Below are positions 30,357 to 39,732 of a stretch of DNA of 64,000 nucleotides, in pieces. The number at the start of each line of letters is the position of its first letter. The first letter of the stretch is position 1. This DNA comes from Thermoplasmata archaeon. Its GTDB lineage: Archaea; Thermoplasmatota; Thermoplasmata; Lutacidiplasmatales; UBA184. Location of the stretch: assembly GCA_049675585.1 (NCBI GenBank), contig JBAUAJ010000035.1, forward strand, positions 4,198 to 68,197, written 5' to 3'. The notes beneath the pieces were generated by a model. It saw only the letters and a program-made list of their open reading frames with translations. It was not told the DNA's origin and ran no database searches. The position numbers were made by a program, and so were the translations under genes.

Positions 30357-30722
30357 TCAGCCCCCCGCCGGGGTGAGGAACTCGAGGCGATTCCCGAACG
30401 GGTCCCTCGCGTAAAATCGACGGCGTTCGGGCAGGGTCTCGTCCTCCCACGTTTCGACCCCCGCCGCCACCAGTCGGCGGCGGAGACCGTCCAGGTCGGC
30501 TAGCTCGAACGCGGGATGCCCCTTGTCCGCGGGTTGGAATCGGGGGTCGATCCCGATGTGGAGCTGCGATCCGTTCAGCTCCAGCCAGATCCCTCCCCGG
30601 CGCGCCAGATGGGCTGGCTTGGGGATCTCGGTCATGCCGAGCAGGTCGACGGAGAACGCCCGGGCCGTCGCCTCGGAATCGGGGGGAGCCGCGAGCTGGA
30701 TGTGGTGAAGTCGGTAGGTCAC
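30357..30722 (-). CDS. VOC (glyoxalase/bleomycin-resistance/dioxygenase) family protein
   Basis: 121 aa. LHHIQLAAP...GHPAFEL...RDPFGNRLEF is a typical VOC pattern. Lies 6 nt upstream of the HAD gene. Confidence 0.7.
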   Translation of the reverse strand: MTYRLHHIQLAAPPDSEATARAFSVDLLGMTEIPKPAHLARRGGIWLELNGSQLHIGIDPRFQPADKGHPAFELADLDGLRRRLVAAGVETWEDETLPERRRFYARDPFGNRLEFLTPAGG

Positions 30723-30826
30723 GTCGATCCCGGGTCATTCGAGCGGTTCGGGCTCGTAAGGTCGTCGCTCTTCGCCCCGACCACCTCCCGAGATGAACGG
30801 AAGAGCCGCGGCGACCTCCCGGACCA

Positions 30827-31810
30827 ATGTCGTCGGTCGAGGCGCGGCTTCTGCTCGCGGTGAGAACCCGGGACTCGATCCGATCGGCCGTCGCCCACCG
30901 TCTTCCGGGGATCTCGGCGGTCTTTCTGGAAGAGAGTACCCCGGCGGACTGGCGGTACGTCGACGCGGCGTTGCTCGGCTCGATCGCGCGGGAGGCGAGC
31001 AGCTGGGAGCCGTCCGCCACCCCGCGCCTGCGGTTCGTTCAGCGGATCTTTACCGGGGTCGACGACCTACCGTTCGATCGGTTTCCTCCGTCCGTCGAGA
31101 TCGCGGGGAACGTCGGGGGGTACGCCCCGTTCGTGGCCGAGCACGCGGTGGCCCTCGCGCTCGCGGCCGCTCGGACGCTCGTGACCGCCCACGCGCAAGC
31201 GGCGGCCGGGAGACTGCGACCCTCCCCCGACAACCGCACCCTCTGGCATCGAACGGTCGTGATCCTGGGATACGGGGAGATCGGTCGGGAGATCGCCCGG
31301 CGACTGACCGGGTTCGGTGTTCGGATCGTCGGAGTCAACCGGACCGGTAGTCTAGCCCCCGGATGCGACGAGATGGTCCCGGCGGATCGGCTTCGGGAGG
31401 CGCTGCGGCGAGGAGAGGTCGTATTCGACGCCCGGCCGTTGACACGGGCCACGCGCGCCACGATCGGCACGGCAGAGCTCGAGGCGATGCCGGCGGATGC
31501 GATCCTCGTCAACGTCGGCCGCGCCGCCACCATCGACGAGGAGGCGCTCTACCGCCACCTGGTGGCCCACCCCGAGTTCCGGGCCGGGCTCGACGTGTGG
31601 TGGGGCGAGGGATTCGGAGACGGAACGCTCCGATTCCGATACCCGTTCCTTTCCCTTCCGAACGTGGTCGGAACGCCCCACAGCGCCGGGTTCGCTCCCG
31701 GGGTCGAGGCGTATGCCCTCGAGACCGCCCTCGAAAATCTCGGGCGATACTTTCACGGTGACGCTCCTCTCCACCGCGTAGATCGTTCGGAGTACGAGGC
31801 ACCCCGTTGA
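30827..31810 (+). CDS. D-isomer-specific 2-hydroxyacid dehydrogenase family protein
   Basis: VVILGYGEIGREIARRL (GxGxxG), NVGRAATIDEEALYRHL and GTPHSAG. Confidence 0.8.
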   Translation: MSSVEARLLLAVRTRDSIRSAVAHRLPGISAVFLEESTPADWRYVDAALLGSIAREASSWEPSATPRLRFVQRIFTGVDDLPFDRFPPSVEIAGNVGGYAPFVAEHAVALALAAARTLVTAHAQAAAGRLRPSPDNRTLWHRTVVILGYGEIGREIARRLTGFGVRIVGVNRTGSLAPGCDEMVPADRLREALRRGEVVFDARPLTRATRATIGTAELEAMPADAILVNVGRAATIDEEALYRHLVAHPEFRAGLDVWWGEGFGDGTLRFRYPFLSLPNVVGTPHSAGFAPGVEAYALETALENLGRYFHGDAPLHRVDRSEYEAPR

Positions 31811-31874
31811 CCTCCCGGGATCGCCCCTACGGGGAGGCTCCCCCGCCCTGGGGCGAGAAGCCGAGTGGATTCGC

Positions 31875-32315
31875 CTAACGACGTCGAGGTCGGGCCCGAG
31901 GCATCGAGCCCCCGCGCTTCGCTACGGGAGCGCGCATCCGGAGGGTCTGACGCACCATCTTGGTGGGAACTCCCAGCAGCCAGAATATGTTCCCGTCGAG
32001 GTCGGCGAACTTGCCCACCATCCCCCAAGGCTCCTGCTTCGGCGGTTGAGGGAATCGGACCTTTCCCCGCTTCATGCGGGCGACCAGCGCGCCCATCGCG
32101 TCGGTGACGAAGGCGATCCCCGAGTCCTCGGGCTCGAGCGGGGCGAACCCCTCGCACAGATGGAGGACGAACTTGTCCCCGGGCGGGGCGACGAGGACCG
32201 CGTGCCTTCCCTCGCCGCCGATCGTATGGGAGGCGAACCCGAGGTTCTTCGTCCACCAGCGGGCGGAGCGCTTCGCGTTCGAGACCACCACCGCGACATC
32301 GGCGAGCGCGATCAT
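31875..32315 (-). CDS. VOC family protein
   Basis: 146 aa. VVVSNAKRSARWWTKNLGF...DLDGNIFWL is a VOC-like pattern. Confidence 0.6.
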   Translation of the reverse strand: MIALADVAVVVSNAKRSARWWTKNLGFASHTIGGEGRHAVLVAPPGDKFVLHLCEGFAPLEPEDSGIAFVTDAMGALVARMKRGKVRFPQPPKQEPWGMVGKFADLDGNIFWLLGVPTKMVRQTLRMRAPVAKRGGSMPRARPRRR

Positions 32316-32360
32316 CGCCCGCGCCAGCGCGACCGGGCGGATGAATTGAGCGGTCCCGGC

Positions 32361-35066
32361 TCAGCGGATCCGCTCGAGCGCGAACGACCCGACGATCAGG
32401 GCGCGGTTCGTCGCGCGGCATTCGACCCAATCGCGGGTCTGGACGTCGCCGAATCCCTTGACCGAGAGGAACGTCCGGTCGCGGTCCTGGCGGAAGACGA
32501 TCGCGCCGTCCATCCGGCCCAGCAGCGCCTCGACCTGCGCCTCCGTGAGCGCGCCCCCCTCGAGCGAGTACATGGCGAGCGCCTCCCGCGGCTTCAGGAT
32601 CCCTACGACGTTCTGGAGGAACGAGAAGCTCGCGCGCTCGTCGGCGTGCGCGAACACCGCCGAGAGACCGAGGAAGCCGACCCGGAACGGCCCCTTCTTC
32701 TCCTCTTCGATCGGACGAGCCGCCTGGACGAGCGCCGAGAGGATCCCCGCGCGATCGTCCGACCCCTTGGCGACGAGGCGGCGGGGTCCCGGCGCTCCGC
32801 CGGTCGTGGAGGCATCGATCCACGTGACCATCCCGAGCTGGTCGTACTCGAGGAACTGCGGGAGGACCACCCCGAGGGATTGGGCGATCTCGGCCGGGGA
32901 GCGCGACGCGGTGACCAGCACCACGGGCTCGCCGCGCTTCAAGCCCTCCGCGATGAACGCGTACAGCACGACCTCCTTCCCGACGAACGCCTCGCCGAGC
33001 AGCACGACGTGGTTGCGGGCCGGCAGGCCGCCGAGCAGAAGATCGTCGAGGCGCGGAGTCCCGGTGGGGAGTCGGTCCGCATAGTGGCGGGCGGAGGTCG
33101 GCGCGAGAAGGGCGGTTGACTGCGACGGCGCCTGGGCCGGCTCGGCCGATGCCAGGTCGCTCGGGCGGGCCTGCCGAGTGGCCCCTCCGCGACGGCTGGT
33201 GGGAACGGGCGCCGGACTGTCGATCTGACCCGCTGCGGCGACCGCCGCGAGCCCCGCGAGGGTCAGGCCGCTCTCGCGGCCGACCTCCTGGCGTCGCAGG
33301 CTCACTTCGGCCTCGTGGGCCTCGACCGTGCGCTCGCGCGCGAGCAGGTCGCGTTCGCGCTGATCGATCTCCACCAGGCTCGTGCGCAGCCTCTGTTCCC
33401 GGTCGGTGAGCGTGGCAGCCTGGTCGGTGACGGTCTTGAGGGACCGGTCGAGATCGGCGCCCCGCTGAGCGACGTCGACCTGTTGTCGACCGAACGCCGT
33501 GAGCCGTTCCTGGTATTCTCGAGCGGCCGCTTCGTACTGGGCGCGGCGCTCGTCGGCCGACTTGAGACGGTCGGAGAGGCTCGCCTCCCGCTGCGCCACG
33601 CCGCTCTCGCGGACCGCGAGCTGGCCGAGCCGCTCCGTCGCCTGCTTGAGAGCGTCGGTGGCCGCTTTCTCGCGTTCCGCGACCTCTCGAGCGCGGCGGC
33701 CGAGGATGACATTCTGTTCGTCCAGGGCGGATTTGAGCTGCTGGAGTTTCAATTCCCGACCGGAAGGGTCGAGGGCGGCTCCTCCCCCCCGGGCGCCCGG
33801 TCCTTTGGCCGTCACCTCCCCTTCCCGACGGAGCAGTTCGGCGGTCTTCTCCTCGAGCTGTTTGCGCCGAGCGTCGAGCCGCCCCTCGGTCTCTGCCGAG
33901 GCGTCGAGACGCCGCTGGACCTCCTGCTCGTGGTGCGTGAACTCGGAATCCCGTTTGGCCTGCTCTCCTTCCTTCTGCGCCACGCGCTGTTCGCGGGCCG
34001 AGATCTGGGGAAGCTGCCGGGCGATCTCCTGCTCGCGCAGCTCGACCGCCTTCGTTCGGGTCGCCAGCGACTGACCGGTCGCCGAGACCTCCGCGACCTG
34101 TCCAGCGAGCTCGCGGTCGCGCTTGTCGAGGTCCTGGATCCGCGCGCGGTCCCGGACCGTGCGGCTGTCGAGCTCCTTGCGCGCCTCGGCGATCTGGAGC
34201 TCCTGTCGGCGCAGGCTCGCCTCGGCGGTCTCGGCGTCCGCCTCCCGGCGGACGATCGCGGTCTCGCGGAACCGCAACGCCTCCTCTTTCTGCCGCGTCT
34301 CGTCCGCCAGGCGGACGATCCGGTTCTGGCCCGAGGCGATCAGGGCGTTCTCGTGCGGGCCGGTCCCGGACGAGAGCAGGTGCAGGAACGAGCCCGACGT
34401 TTGGTAGAAGATCGCAGAGAGGAACAGCGAGACGGCGACCGCGTTCGCCTCCGACGAGGCGCTCCCCGGGTGTTCGTAGAGCACGACGGTGGTGAGCAAG
34501 GGGAGCACCGCGGCTCCGGCAGCCGCCCACTGCTGCCCGGTCCACTCGTTCCAGGTCATGACGAGGCCGAGGAAGGCGAGCGAGATCGCGGCGAACTCGA
34601 GCGGAAGGAACCACGGGAACAGCCCCACATGGGCGAACGGGGCGGTCCCGGCCACGCGGAGGAAGTAGACGAGCGTCACGACGACGTTCAGCGCCAACGC
34701 CCCGACGGTGGTGGAGAAGTGGGGCTCCCACGGCCACAGCTGGAACGCTTCCCACTTGGTGTACAATCCTACCGCCGCGATCGAGAGTCCCGCCAGCGCG
34801 GGGATCAGAAGGTAGAAGGTGGGGCCGAGCGCGGCCAGACGGGTGGCGGCGAACGGCAAAGTCGGTAGGTTCGGGAAGAGGAGGAGCACGAGGATCCCGT
34901 CGAAGGCGAGCGCGGCCGAGATCCCGACGGCGTACAGGTGGGCCGACCGGCCGATCTTGAGCTGGAGGAGCGCGTCCTCCTTGGCCATCGCCAAGTCTTC
35001 CTTGCCCGCAACCGTGGCCCCCGCCCCCGACCGGCCGGCCCGCGTCGCGGGAGATCCCTTCGGCAT
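32361..35066 (-). CDS. Multi-pass membrane protein with a ~400-aa coiled coil and a C-terminal KaiC/RecA-like domain with a degenerate Walker A
   Basis: About 6 N-terminal TM segments. A long heptad-like E/R/Q/A-rich region. C-terminal RLPTGTPRLDDLLLGGLPARNHVVLLGEAFVGKEVVLYAFIAEGLKRGEPVVLV resembles KaiC/RadA-type ATPase domains. An alternative start is the second Met, 78 nt downstream of 35066. Confidence 0.7.
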   Translation of the reverse strand: MPKGSPATRAGRSGAGATVAGKEDLAMAKEDALLQLKIGRSAHLYAVGISAALAFDGILVLLLFPNLPTLPFAATRLAALGPTFYLLIPALAGLSIAAVGLYTKWEAFQLWPWEPHFSTTVGALALNVVVTLVYFLRVAGTAPFAHVGLFPWFLPLEFAAISLAFLGLVMTWNEWTGQQWAAAGAAVLPLLTTVVLYEHPGSASSEANAVAVSLFLSAIFYQTSGSFLHLLSSGTGPHENALIASGQNRIVRLADETRQKEEALRFRETAIVRREADAETAEASLRRQELQIAEARKELDSRTVRDRARIQDLDKRDRELAGQVAEVSATGQSLATRTKAVELREQEIARQLPQISAREQRVAQKEGEQAKRDSEFTHHEQEVQRRLDASAETEGRLDARRKQLEEKTAELLRREGEVTAKGPGARGGGAALDPSGRELKLQQLKSALDEQNVILGRRAREVAEREKAATDALKQATERLGQLAVRESGVAQREASLSDRLKSADERRAQYEAAAREYQERLTAFGRQQVDVAQRGADLDRSLKTVTDQAATLTDREQRLRTSLVEIDQRERDLLARERTVEAHEAEVSLRRQEVGRESGLTLAGLAAVAAAGQIDSPAPVPTSRRGGATRQARPSDLASAEPAQAPSQSTALLAPTSARHYADRLPTGTPRLDDLLLGGLPARNHVVLLGEAFVGKEVVLYAFIAEGLKRGEPVVLVTASRSPAEIAQSLGVVLPQFLEYDQLGMVTWIDASTTGGAPGPRRLVAKGSDDRAGILSALVQAARPIEEEKKGPFRVGFLGLSAVFAHADERASFSFLQNVVGILKPREALAMYSLEGGALTEAQVEALLGRMDGAIVFRQDRDRTFLSVKGFGDVQTRDWVECRATNRALIVGSFALERIR

Positions 35067-35108
35067 CGGTCCCCCGGTTCAATCAATGGGTCGCTACGGC
35101 TCTTAATC

Positions 35109-36050
35109 CTACGTGCGCAGGACCCGGCGCGCGGCGAGCAGCACCGCCGCCGCCGCCTTCCATCGGACGGGCTCCCGCCCCACGAGTTCCTCGAGTTCGA
35201 GCAGATGGTTCCATGCCTTGGGGGTCGGGCGGACGCGCGCGATCCGTTCTAGCTCCGGGCCGAGGCACGGGGCGACAGCGACCGTCTCGAGCACCTCCCA
35301 TCCGCTCCCCCACCGCTTCACCAGCGCTCCGACGTCCAGCCGCTGGAACGAGTCGGCCCGATGGCGGGACGGCTCGGTCTCGAATCCCTCGCCGTGCACG
35401 CGGGGCACGAACGCGCGGATCGGCGCGGAGAACAGGCGTCCGACGGCCGACGCGGGGAGGCGAGAGAGGTACCGGGAGCGTTCGCCAGGACCGGGGGCGA
35501 TCTCCACGATCAACGTGCCGCCGGCGGCTACGAGACGTTCCACGGAGTCGAGCAGGTGGTCCCACTCGCCTCCTGCGAAACCAAGGGCATTGCCGACCAG
35601 CGCTACCTCTCGGAAAGAGCCGGGGGCGAACGGAGGGGCCAGGGCATCGCCTTCGACCCGGTCCACGAAGCTCGAGAAACCGGCACCCAGAACGGGTTCG
35701 TGAGGCGACCGGTACGTGAGCATCTCTCGGGAGAGGTCCAACGCGACCCGGCGAACACCTGGGCCGCCCAGGGAGGGAGTGAAGCGACCCGGCCCGGCCC
35801 CGATATCCGCGACCCACCCGCTGTCCACCGCGTGCCGTTCGAGGAATCGGCGCCGGAGCTCCCGGAACAGATCCCGCTGCGGAGTTCCCTCGTACCGCTT
35901 CCATTCCCGCTCGGCCCGATAGGCGTCGGCGGCGAGAAACCGGGCGCGCGGCGTGGGGGATGGTTCGTTCCCGGGCGACGGGCTCACGCGACCGCGGTCG
36001 CCGTCCGGGGCGCGACCCGGGAGTCGACGGCGCGTGGGGGGACGGTTCAT
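35109..36050 (-). CDS. SAM-dependent methyltransferase (class I)
   Basis: Motif I VADIGAGPGRFT and post-I RVALDLSREML. The start is either 36050 (MNRPP...) or 36098. Confidence 0.65.
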   Translation of the reverse strand: MNRPPTRRRLPGRAPDGDRGRVSPSPGNEPSPTPRARFLAADAYRAEREWKRYEGTPQRDLFRELRRRFLERHAVDSGWVADIGAGPGRFTPSLGGPGVRRVALDLSREMLTYRSPHEPVLGAGFSSFVDRVEGDALAPPFAPGSFREVALVGNALGFAGGEWDHLLDSVERLVAAGGTLIVEIAPGPGERSRYLSRLPASAVGRLFSAPIRAFVPRVHGEGFETEPSRHRADSFQRLDVGALVKRWGSGWEVLETVAVAPCLGPELERIARVRPTPKAWNHLLELEELVGREPVRWKAAAAVLLAARRVLRT

Positions 36051-36135
36051 CGAAATCCACGCCTCCGAGGCAGAGGCGCGCAGTGGATGCCGACCCATTT
36101 ATATGGGACCCCTCTTCGTCCGCCCGAGGAAGCGG

Positions 36136-36279
36136 ATGCCGTACTACGAGTGCCCGAAGTGCGGGGGAGGCTACGTCATCGACGTGGCGCCCAGCGCGCG
36201 ACCCACCTGCGACCGGGACGGGGCGCGCCTCAAGCGAACCAGCGACGCGTCCTACGAGCGGAACGCGCGCGAGGACTGA
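36136..36279 (+). CDS. Small CxxC (zinc-ribbon-like) protein
   Basis: MPYYECPKCGGGYVIDVAPSARPTCDRDG. Strong GC3. ATTTATAT lies at 36096-36103, just upstream. An alternative start is 36103. Confidence 0.4.
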   Translation: MPYYECPKCGGGYVIDVAPSARPTCDRDGARLKRTSDASYERNARED

Positions 36280-36291
36280 TCCGGAGCTCCG

Positions 36292-36996
36292 ATGGGCCAA
36301 TCCGACGGCCGGCTCGGGCCGCTCGTGCATCGCTCGGTGCATCACGCGGCGATCGTCTGGCTGATCGCTTCGCTCCAGTTCGTGCTCGCCATGGCGATCG
36401 TCCAGTGGCGCTGGACGACCCCGTACAACCTGCGCACCTTCTACATCAGTGACCTCGGCAACACCGTCTGCGGTAACTTTCCGACGAGCTCGATGCACTA
36501 CGTCTGCTCGCCCTGGCACGTCGTCTTCGATGGCAGTGTCATCGCGCTCGGCCTGTTGACGATCCTCGGCGTCCTGCTGGTCCGCAGCGCGTTCCCGGAC
36601 CGCTCGAGCCGCACCCTCGGCCTCGGGCTCCTTGCGCTCGCGGGCATCGGGTCGATCGGGGTCGGGCTCTCCCCGGAGAACGTCAACCTCACGGTGCATT
36701 CGGTTTCGGCGCTCCTCGCGTTCGCCGGCGGGAACGTAGGGTTGATCGTGCTCGGATTCGCGATGTTCCGGGACACCCGGTGGGACGGCTACCGATCCTA
36801 CACGCTGTTCTCGGGCCTCGTCGGGCTGGTCGCTTTGATCCTCTTCATTACCCACGCCTACGTGGGCCTCGGGGTCGGCGGCATGGAACGCCTGACCGTC
36901 GCACCGCTCCTGCTTTGGTTGGTCGTCGCCTCCATCCACCTCTTGCGGGTGCCGACGTACGCCCCGCGGATCATGCCGAAGTCGTCGATGCTCTGA
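36292..36996 (+). CDS. DUF998-like multi-pass membrane protein
   Basis: 234 aa with about 6 TM segments. FYISDLGNTVCG resembles the DUF998 signature as I recall it. Confidence 0.5.
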   Translation: MGQSDGRLGPLVHRSVHHAAIVWLIASLQFVLAMAIVQWRWTTPYNLRTFYISDLGNTVCGNFPTSSMHYVCSPWHVVFDGSVIALGLLTILGVLLVRSAFPDRSSRTLGLGLLALAGIGSIGVGLSPENVNLTVHSVSALLAFAGGNVGLIVLGFAMFRDTRWDGYRSYTLFSGLVGLVALILFITHAYVGLGVGGMERLTVAPLLLWLVVASIHLLRVPTYAPRIMPKSSML

Positions 36997-37207
36997 GCCG
37001 GTCGGCGGATCGGGCCGCCGAGACCATCCTACGGCGCGAGCCGTGGATCGTCGAGCTCGTACGACGCACCGCAGGCCGTGCAGTCGACGAAGCAGTGAAC
37101 GTCTCGGCTGACCGGCGGCCCGAGTCGGCCCCCGCAGCGGGGGCACGGTACGCGGAGGGCGTCCGCCCCGGCGGGCTCGGGGGAGTGCGGACCGGTCGCC
37201 ACGCGCG

Positions 37208-39322
37208 TCAGTCGACTTTGCCGAACGCCGCGATGTCCTCGGGCCCCTTCTTCTGGACGACCGGCTGGTCGCCCTGGACCTGCTTTCGGATCTGCTCCAC
37301 GATGTCGGGGTTCGCGAGCGTCGTGATGTCGCCCGTGTCCATGTGGTTCGAGATCCCCGCGAGCACCCGCCGCATGATCTTCCCGGAGCGGGTCTTCGGC
37401 ATATCCGGTACGATGTGGACGGTCTTGGGACGCGCGATCTTGCCGATCGACGTCTCGATGGCCATCGTCACCTTCCTCGCGACCTCCTCGGCCGACAGCT
37501 TCGCGGTCGGCTTGAGCGCCACGTACACCTCCACGACCCGCCCCTTGAGCTCATCCGCTACGGGCACGACGGCCGCCTCCGCGACCTCGGGGACCGTCAG
37601 GCACGCCGACTCGATCTCCTTCGTTCCGAGGCGGTGTCCCGCGACGTTGATGACGTCGTCAATTCGGCCGAGGATCCGGTAGTAGCCGTCCGCCGATATC
37701 AGGGCGCCGTCGCCCGCGAAATACGGCCAGTCCTTCCAGTTCGTGCTCTTCGGATTCTTGTTGTACTTCGCGAAGTACTGGCGGACCATCCGGTCCGGGT
37801 CGCCGTAGATCGTCTGCATCAATCCCGGCCATGGATTCTGGATGCAGATGTTCCCGGCCTTGTTCGACCCCGCGGGGATCTCGTGGCCGTTCTCGTCGAA
37901 GATGATCGGATGGATCCCGGGCATTCCCGGCCCGGCGCTCCCCGGCTTCATCCGGTCGATCCCGGGCTTCGTGGAGCAGAGGAATCCCCCCGTCTCCGTC
38001 TGCCACCAGGTGTCCACGATCACCGCCTCGTCCTTGCCGACCGAGTGGTAGTACCAGCGCCACGCTTCGGGCTCGATCGGCTCGCCGACCGTCGTCATGT
38101 GCTTGAAGTGATAGTTGTACTTCTTCGGCTCGTCCGGCCCGAGCTTGCGCAGCTGGCGGATCGCGGTCGGGGAGGTGTGGAAGATGTTGACCCCCAACCG
38201 CTCGGCGATGCGCCACGGCCGTCCCGGGTCGGGGAACGTCGGGACCCCCTCGTAGATGACCGACGTGGCGGCGAGGGCGAGCGGGCCGTAGACGATGTAC
38301 GAGTGCCCCGTGATCCAGCCGATGTCGGCCATGCACCAGTAGACGTCCGTCGGATGGATGTCCTGGATGAGCTTCGACGTGCCGGCGACGTAGGCGAGGT
38401 ATCCGCCGGTCGAATGCTGGCAGCCCTTCGGCTTGCCGGTCGTGCCGCTCGTGTACATCAGGAACAGCGGCGCCTCGGCCGGCTGCGACACCGGTGGGAC
38501 GCGCTTTCCCACGGTCTCCTTCAGCAGCTCCTGGACCAGGTAATCGCGCCCGGCGACCATCGGCTGCGTCGTGAGGAGGCGGTCGCGGTAGCGTTGCCAG
38601 ACGAGGACCTTCTCGACCGTATGGCCGTCCGCCTTGGCGGCATCGATCGAGGACGGAAGGACCGCCTTGTGGTCGATCGACTTCCCGTTCCGCCAGTAGC
38701 CGTCCATCGTGATCATGACCTTGCTCGCGGAGTCGGCGGCCCTCCGGCCGGCCGCTTCGCCGCTGAACCCGCCGAAGACGACGGAGTGGACGATGCCGAG
38801 CCGGGCGCACGCGAGCATCGTGATCGGAAGCTCGGGTACCATCGGCATATGGATCGTGACCCGATCGCCCGCCTTCAGGTGGCAGAAGTCGCGGAGCACC
38901 GCCGCGAACTCGTTGACCCGCACGAACAGCTCCTGGTAGGTGATCGAGATCGGGGGCTCCTCCTCCGGCTCGCCCTGGAAGATGATCGCCGCCTTGTTCC
39001 GATACAGAGGCAGGTGCCGGTCGATGCAGTTCACCGAGACGTTCAGCTTCCCGCCGACGAACCACTTGTAGAACGGGGCCTTGCTCGTGTCGAGCGTAGT
39101 GTGCCAGTACTCGTCCCAGGTCAGGAGGTCGGCGTACTCGCGGAAGCACTCGGGGAACCGGTCGAGCGCGAACCGCTCCGCCACGGCGGGGTCGGTCAGG
39201 TTCGCCTGGCCGATGAATTTCGGAGAGGGAACGAAGTACTCCTCTTCCTTCCAATGGACCGCGATCTCGGCCTCGGTGAGATTGCTGGCCGACTCCGGCT
39301 CCCGCTCGCGATTGTGCGACAT
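37208..39322 (-). CDS. acs: Acetyl-CoA synthetase (AMP-forming)
   Basis: LMYTSGTTGKPKGCQHS AMP-binding motif. The length and overall pattern match ACS (WWQTETGG, VGEPI, SGKIMRR). Confidence 0.9.
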   Translation of the reverse strand: MSHNREREPESASNLTEAEIAVHWKEEEYFVPSPKFIGQANLTDPAVAERFALDRFPECFREYADLLTWDEYWHTTLDTSKAPFYKWFVGGKLNVSVNCIDRHLPLYRNKAAIIFQGEPEEEPPISITYQELFVRVNEFAAVLRDFCHLKAGDRVTIHMPMVPELPITMLACARLGIVHSVVFGGFSGEAAGRRAADSASKVMITMDGYWRNGKSIDHKAVLPSSIDAAKADGHTVEKVLVWQRYRDRLLTTQPMVAGRDYLVQELLKETVGKRVPPVSQPAEAPLFLMYTSGTTGKPKGCQHSTGGYLAYVAGTSKLIQDIHPTDVYWCMADIGWITGHSYIVYGPLALAATSVIYEGVPTFPDPGRPWRIAERLGVNIFHTSPTAIRQLRKLGPDEPKKYNYHFKHMTTVGEPIEPEAWRWYYHSVGKDEAVIVDTWWQTETGGFLCSTKPGIDRMKPGSAGPGMPGIHPIIFDENGHEIPAGSNKAGNICIQNPWPGLMQTIYGDPDRMVRQYFAKYNKNPKSTNWKDWPYFAGDGALISADGYYRILGRIDDVINVAGHRLGTKEIESACLTVPEVAEAAVVPVADELKGRVVEVYVALKPTAKLSAEEVARKVTMAIETSIGKIARPKTVHIVPDMPKTRSGKIMRRVLAGISNHMDTGDITTLANPDIVEQIRKQVQGDQPVVQKKGPEDIAAFGKVD

Positions 39323-39522
39323 CGAAGGCTCCTCGCCGTGCGTCAGAGTCGCACGCTATTTACTGATTGCGAAATTGCTCCCGAGTCGGACGGCCCCTCG
39401 CGGAGGCGCCGACCGCGTACGACGTATGGCGTTCCGGCGGGCACCCCGGGCGACGGCACGGACCATCCGGGCGGTTCGTATGCTTAAAGGCCCCTCACGG
39501 CTAGACCGCCCCCCGGAGCCTC

Positions 39523-39732
39523 ATGCCCGGAACGGGTCATACGGCCGACCGGCCCGAGAAGACGGTGCACCTGAGGATCGATCCGAATGACGAATCGACC
39601 ACGCTCGAAGATGTCCTCTCGCGGATCTCCGAACTCCAGCGCAAGCACCCCGACCGGGAGGTCTTCTTCGATGGAGACGAGTACGCGATCTGCTCCCGGC
39701 CGAAGCGCGCGAAAGCCGCCGCTACCCACTGA
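39523..39732 (+). CDS. Hypothetical small protein
   Basis: 69 aa with good GC3. GCTTAAAGG lies about 30 nt upstream of the ATG. Confidence 0.5.
   Translation: MPGTGHTADRPEKTVHLRIDPNDESTTLEDVLSRISELQRKHPDREVFFDGDEYAICSRPKRAKAAATH

Noticed and set aside
29518-31020. 500-aa - strand ORF
   Set aside because: It covers the HAD and VOC genes in a different frame and has Arg/Gly/Pro-rich composition.
31753-35082. 1109-aa - strand ORF (also 33315..34868 +, 517 aa)
   Set aside because: It is out of frame with, or antisense to, the TM/coiled-coil/KaiC-like gene and the VOC gene. The translation is almost pure R/G/P/A.
35083-37146. 687-aa - strand ORF
   Set aside because: It spans the methyltransferase in another frame and runs antisense to the DUF998-like gene. 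It has Arg/Pro/Gly-rich composition and no motifs.
37343-39487. 714-aa + strand ORF, and 37659..39254 - (531 aa)
   Set aside because: Both overlap acs, whose frame is fixed by YTSGTTGKPKG and full-length ACS similarity.
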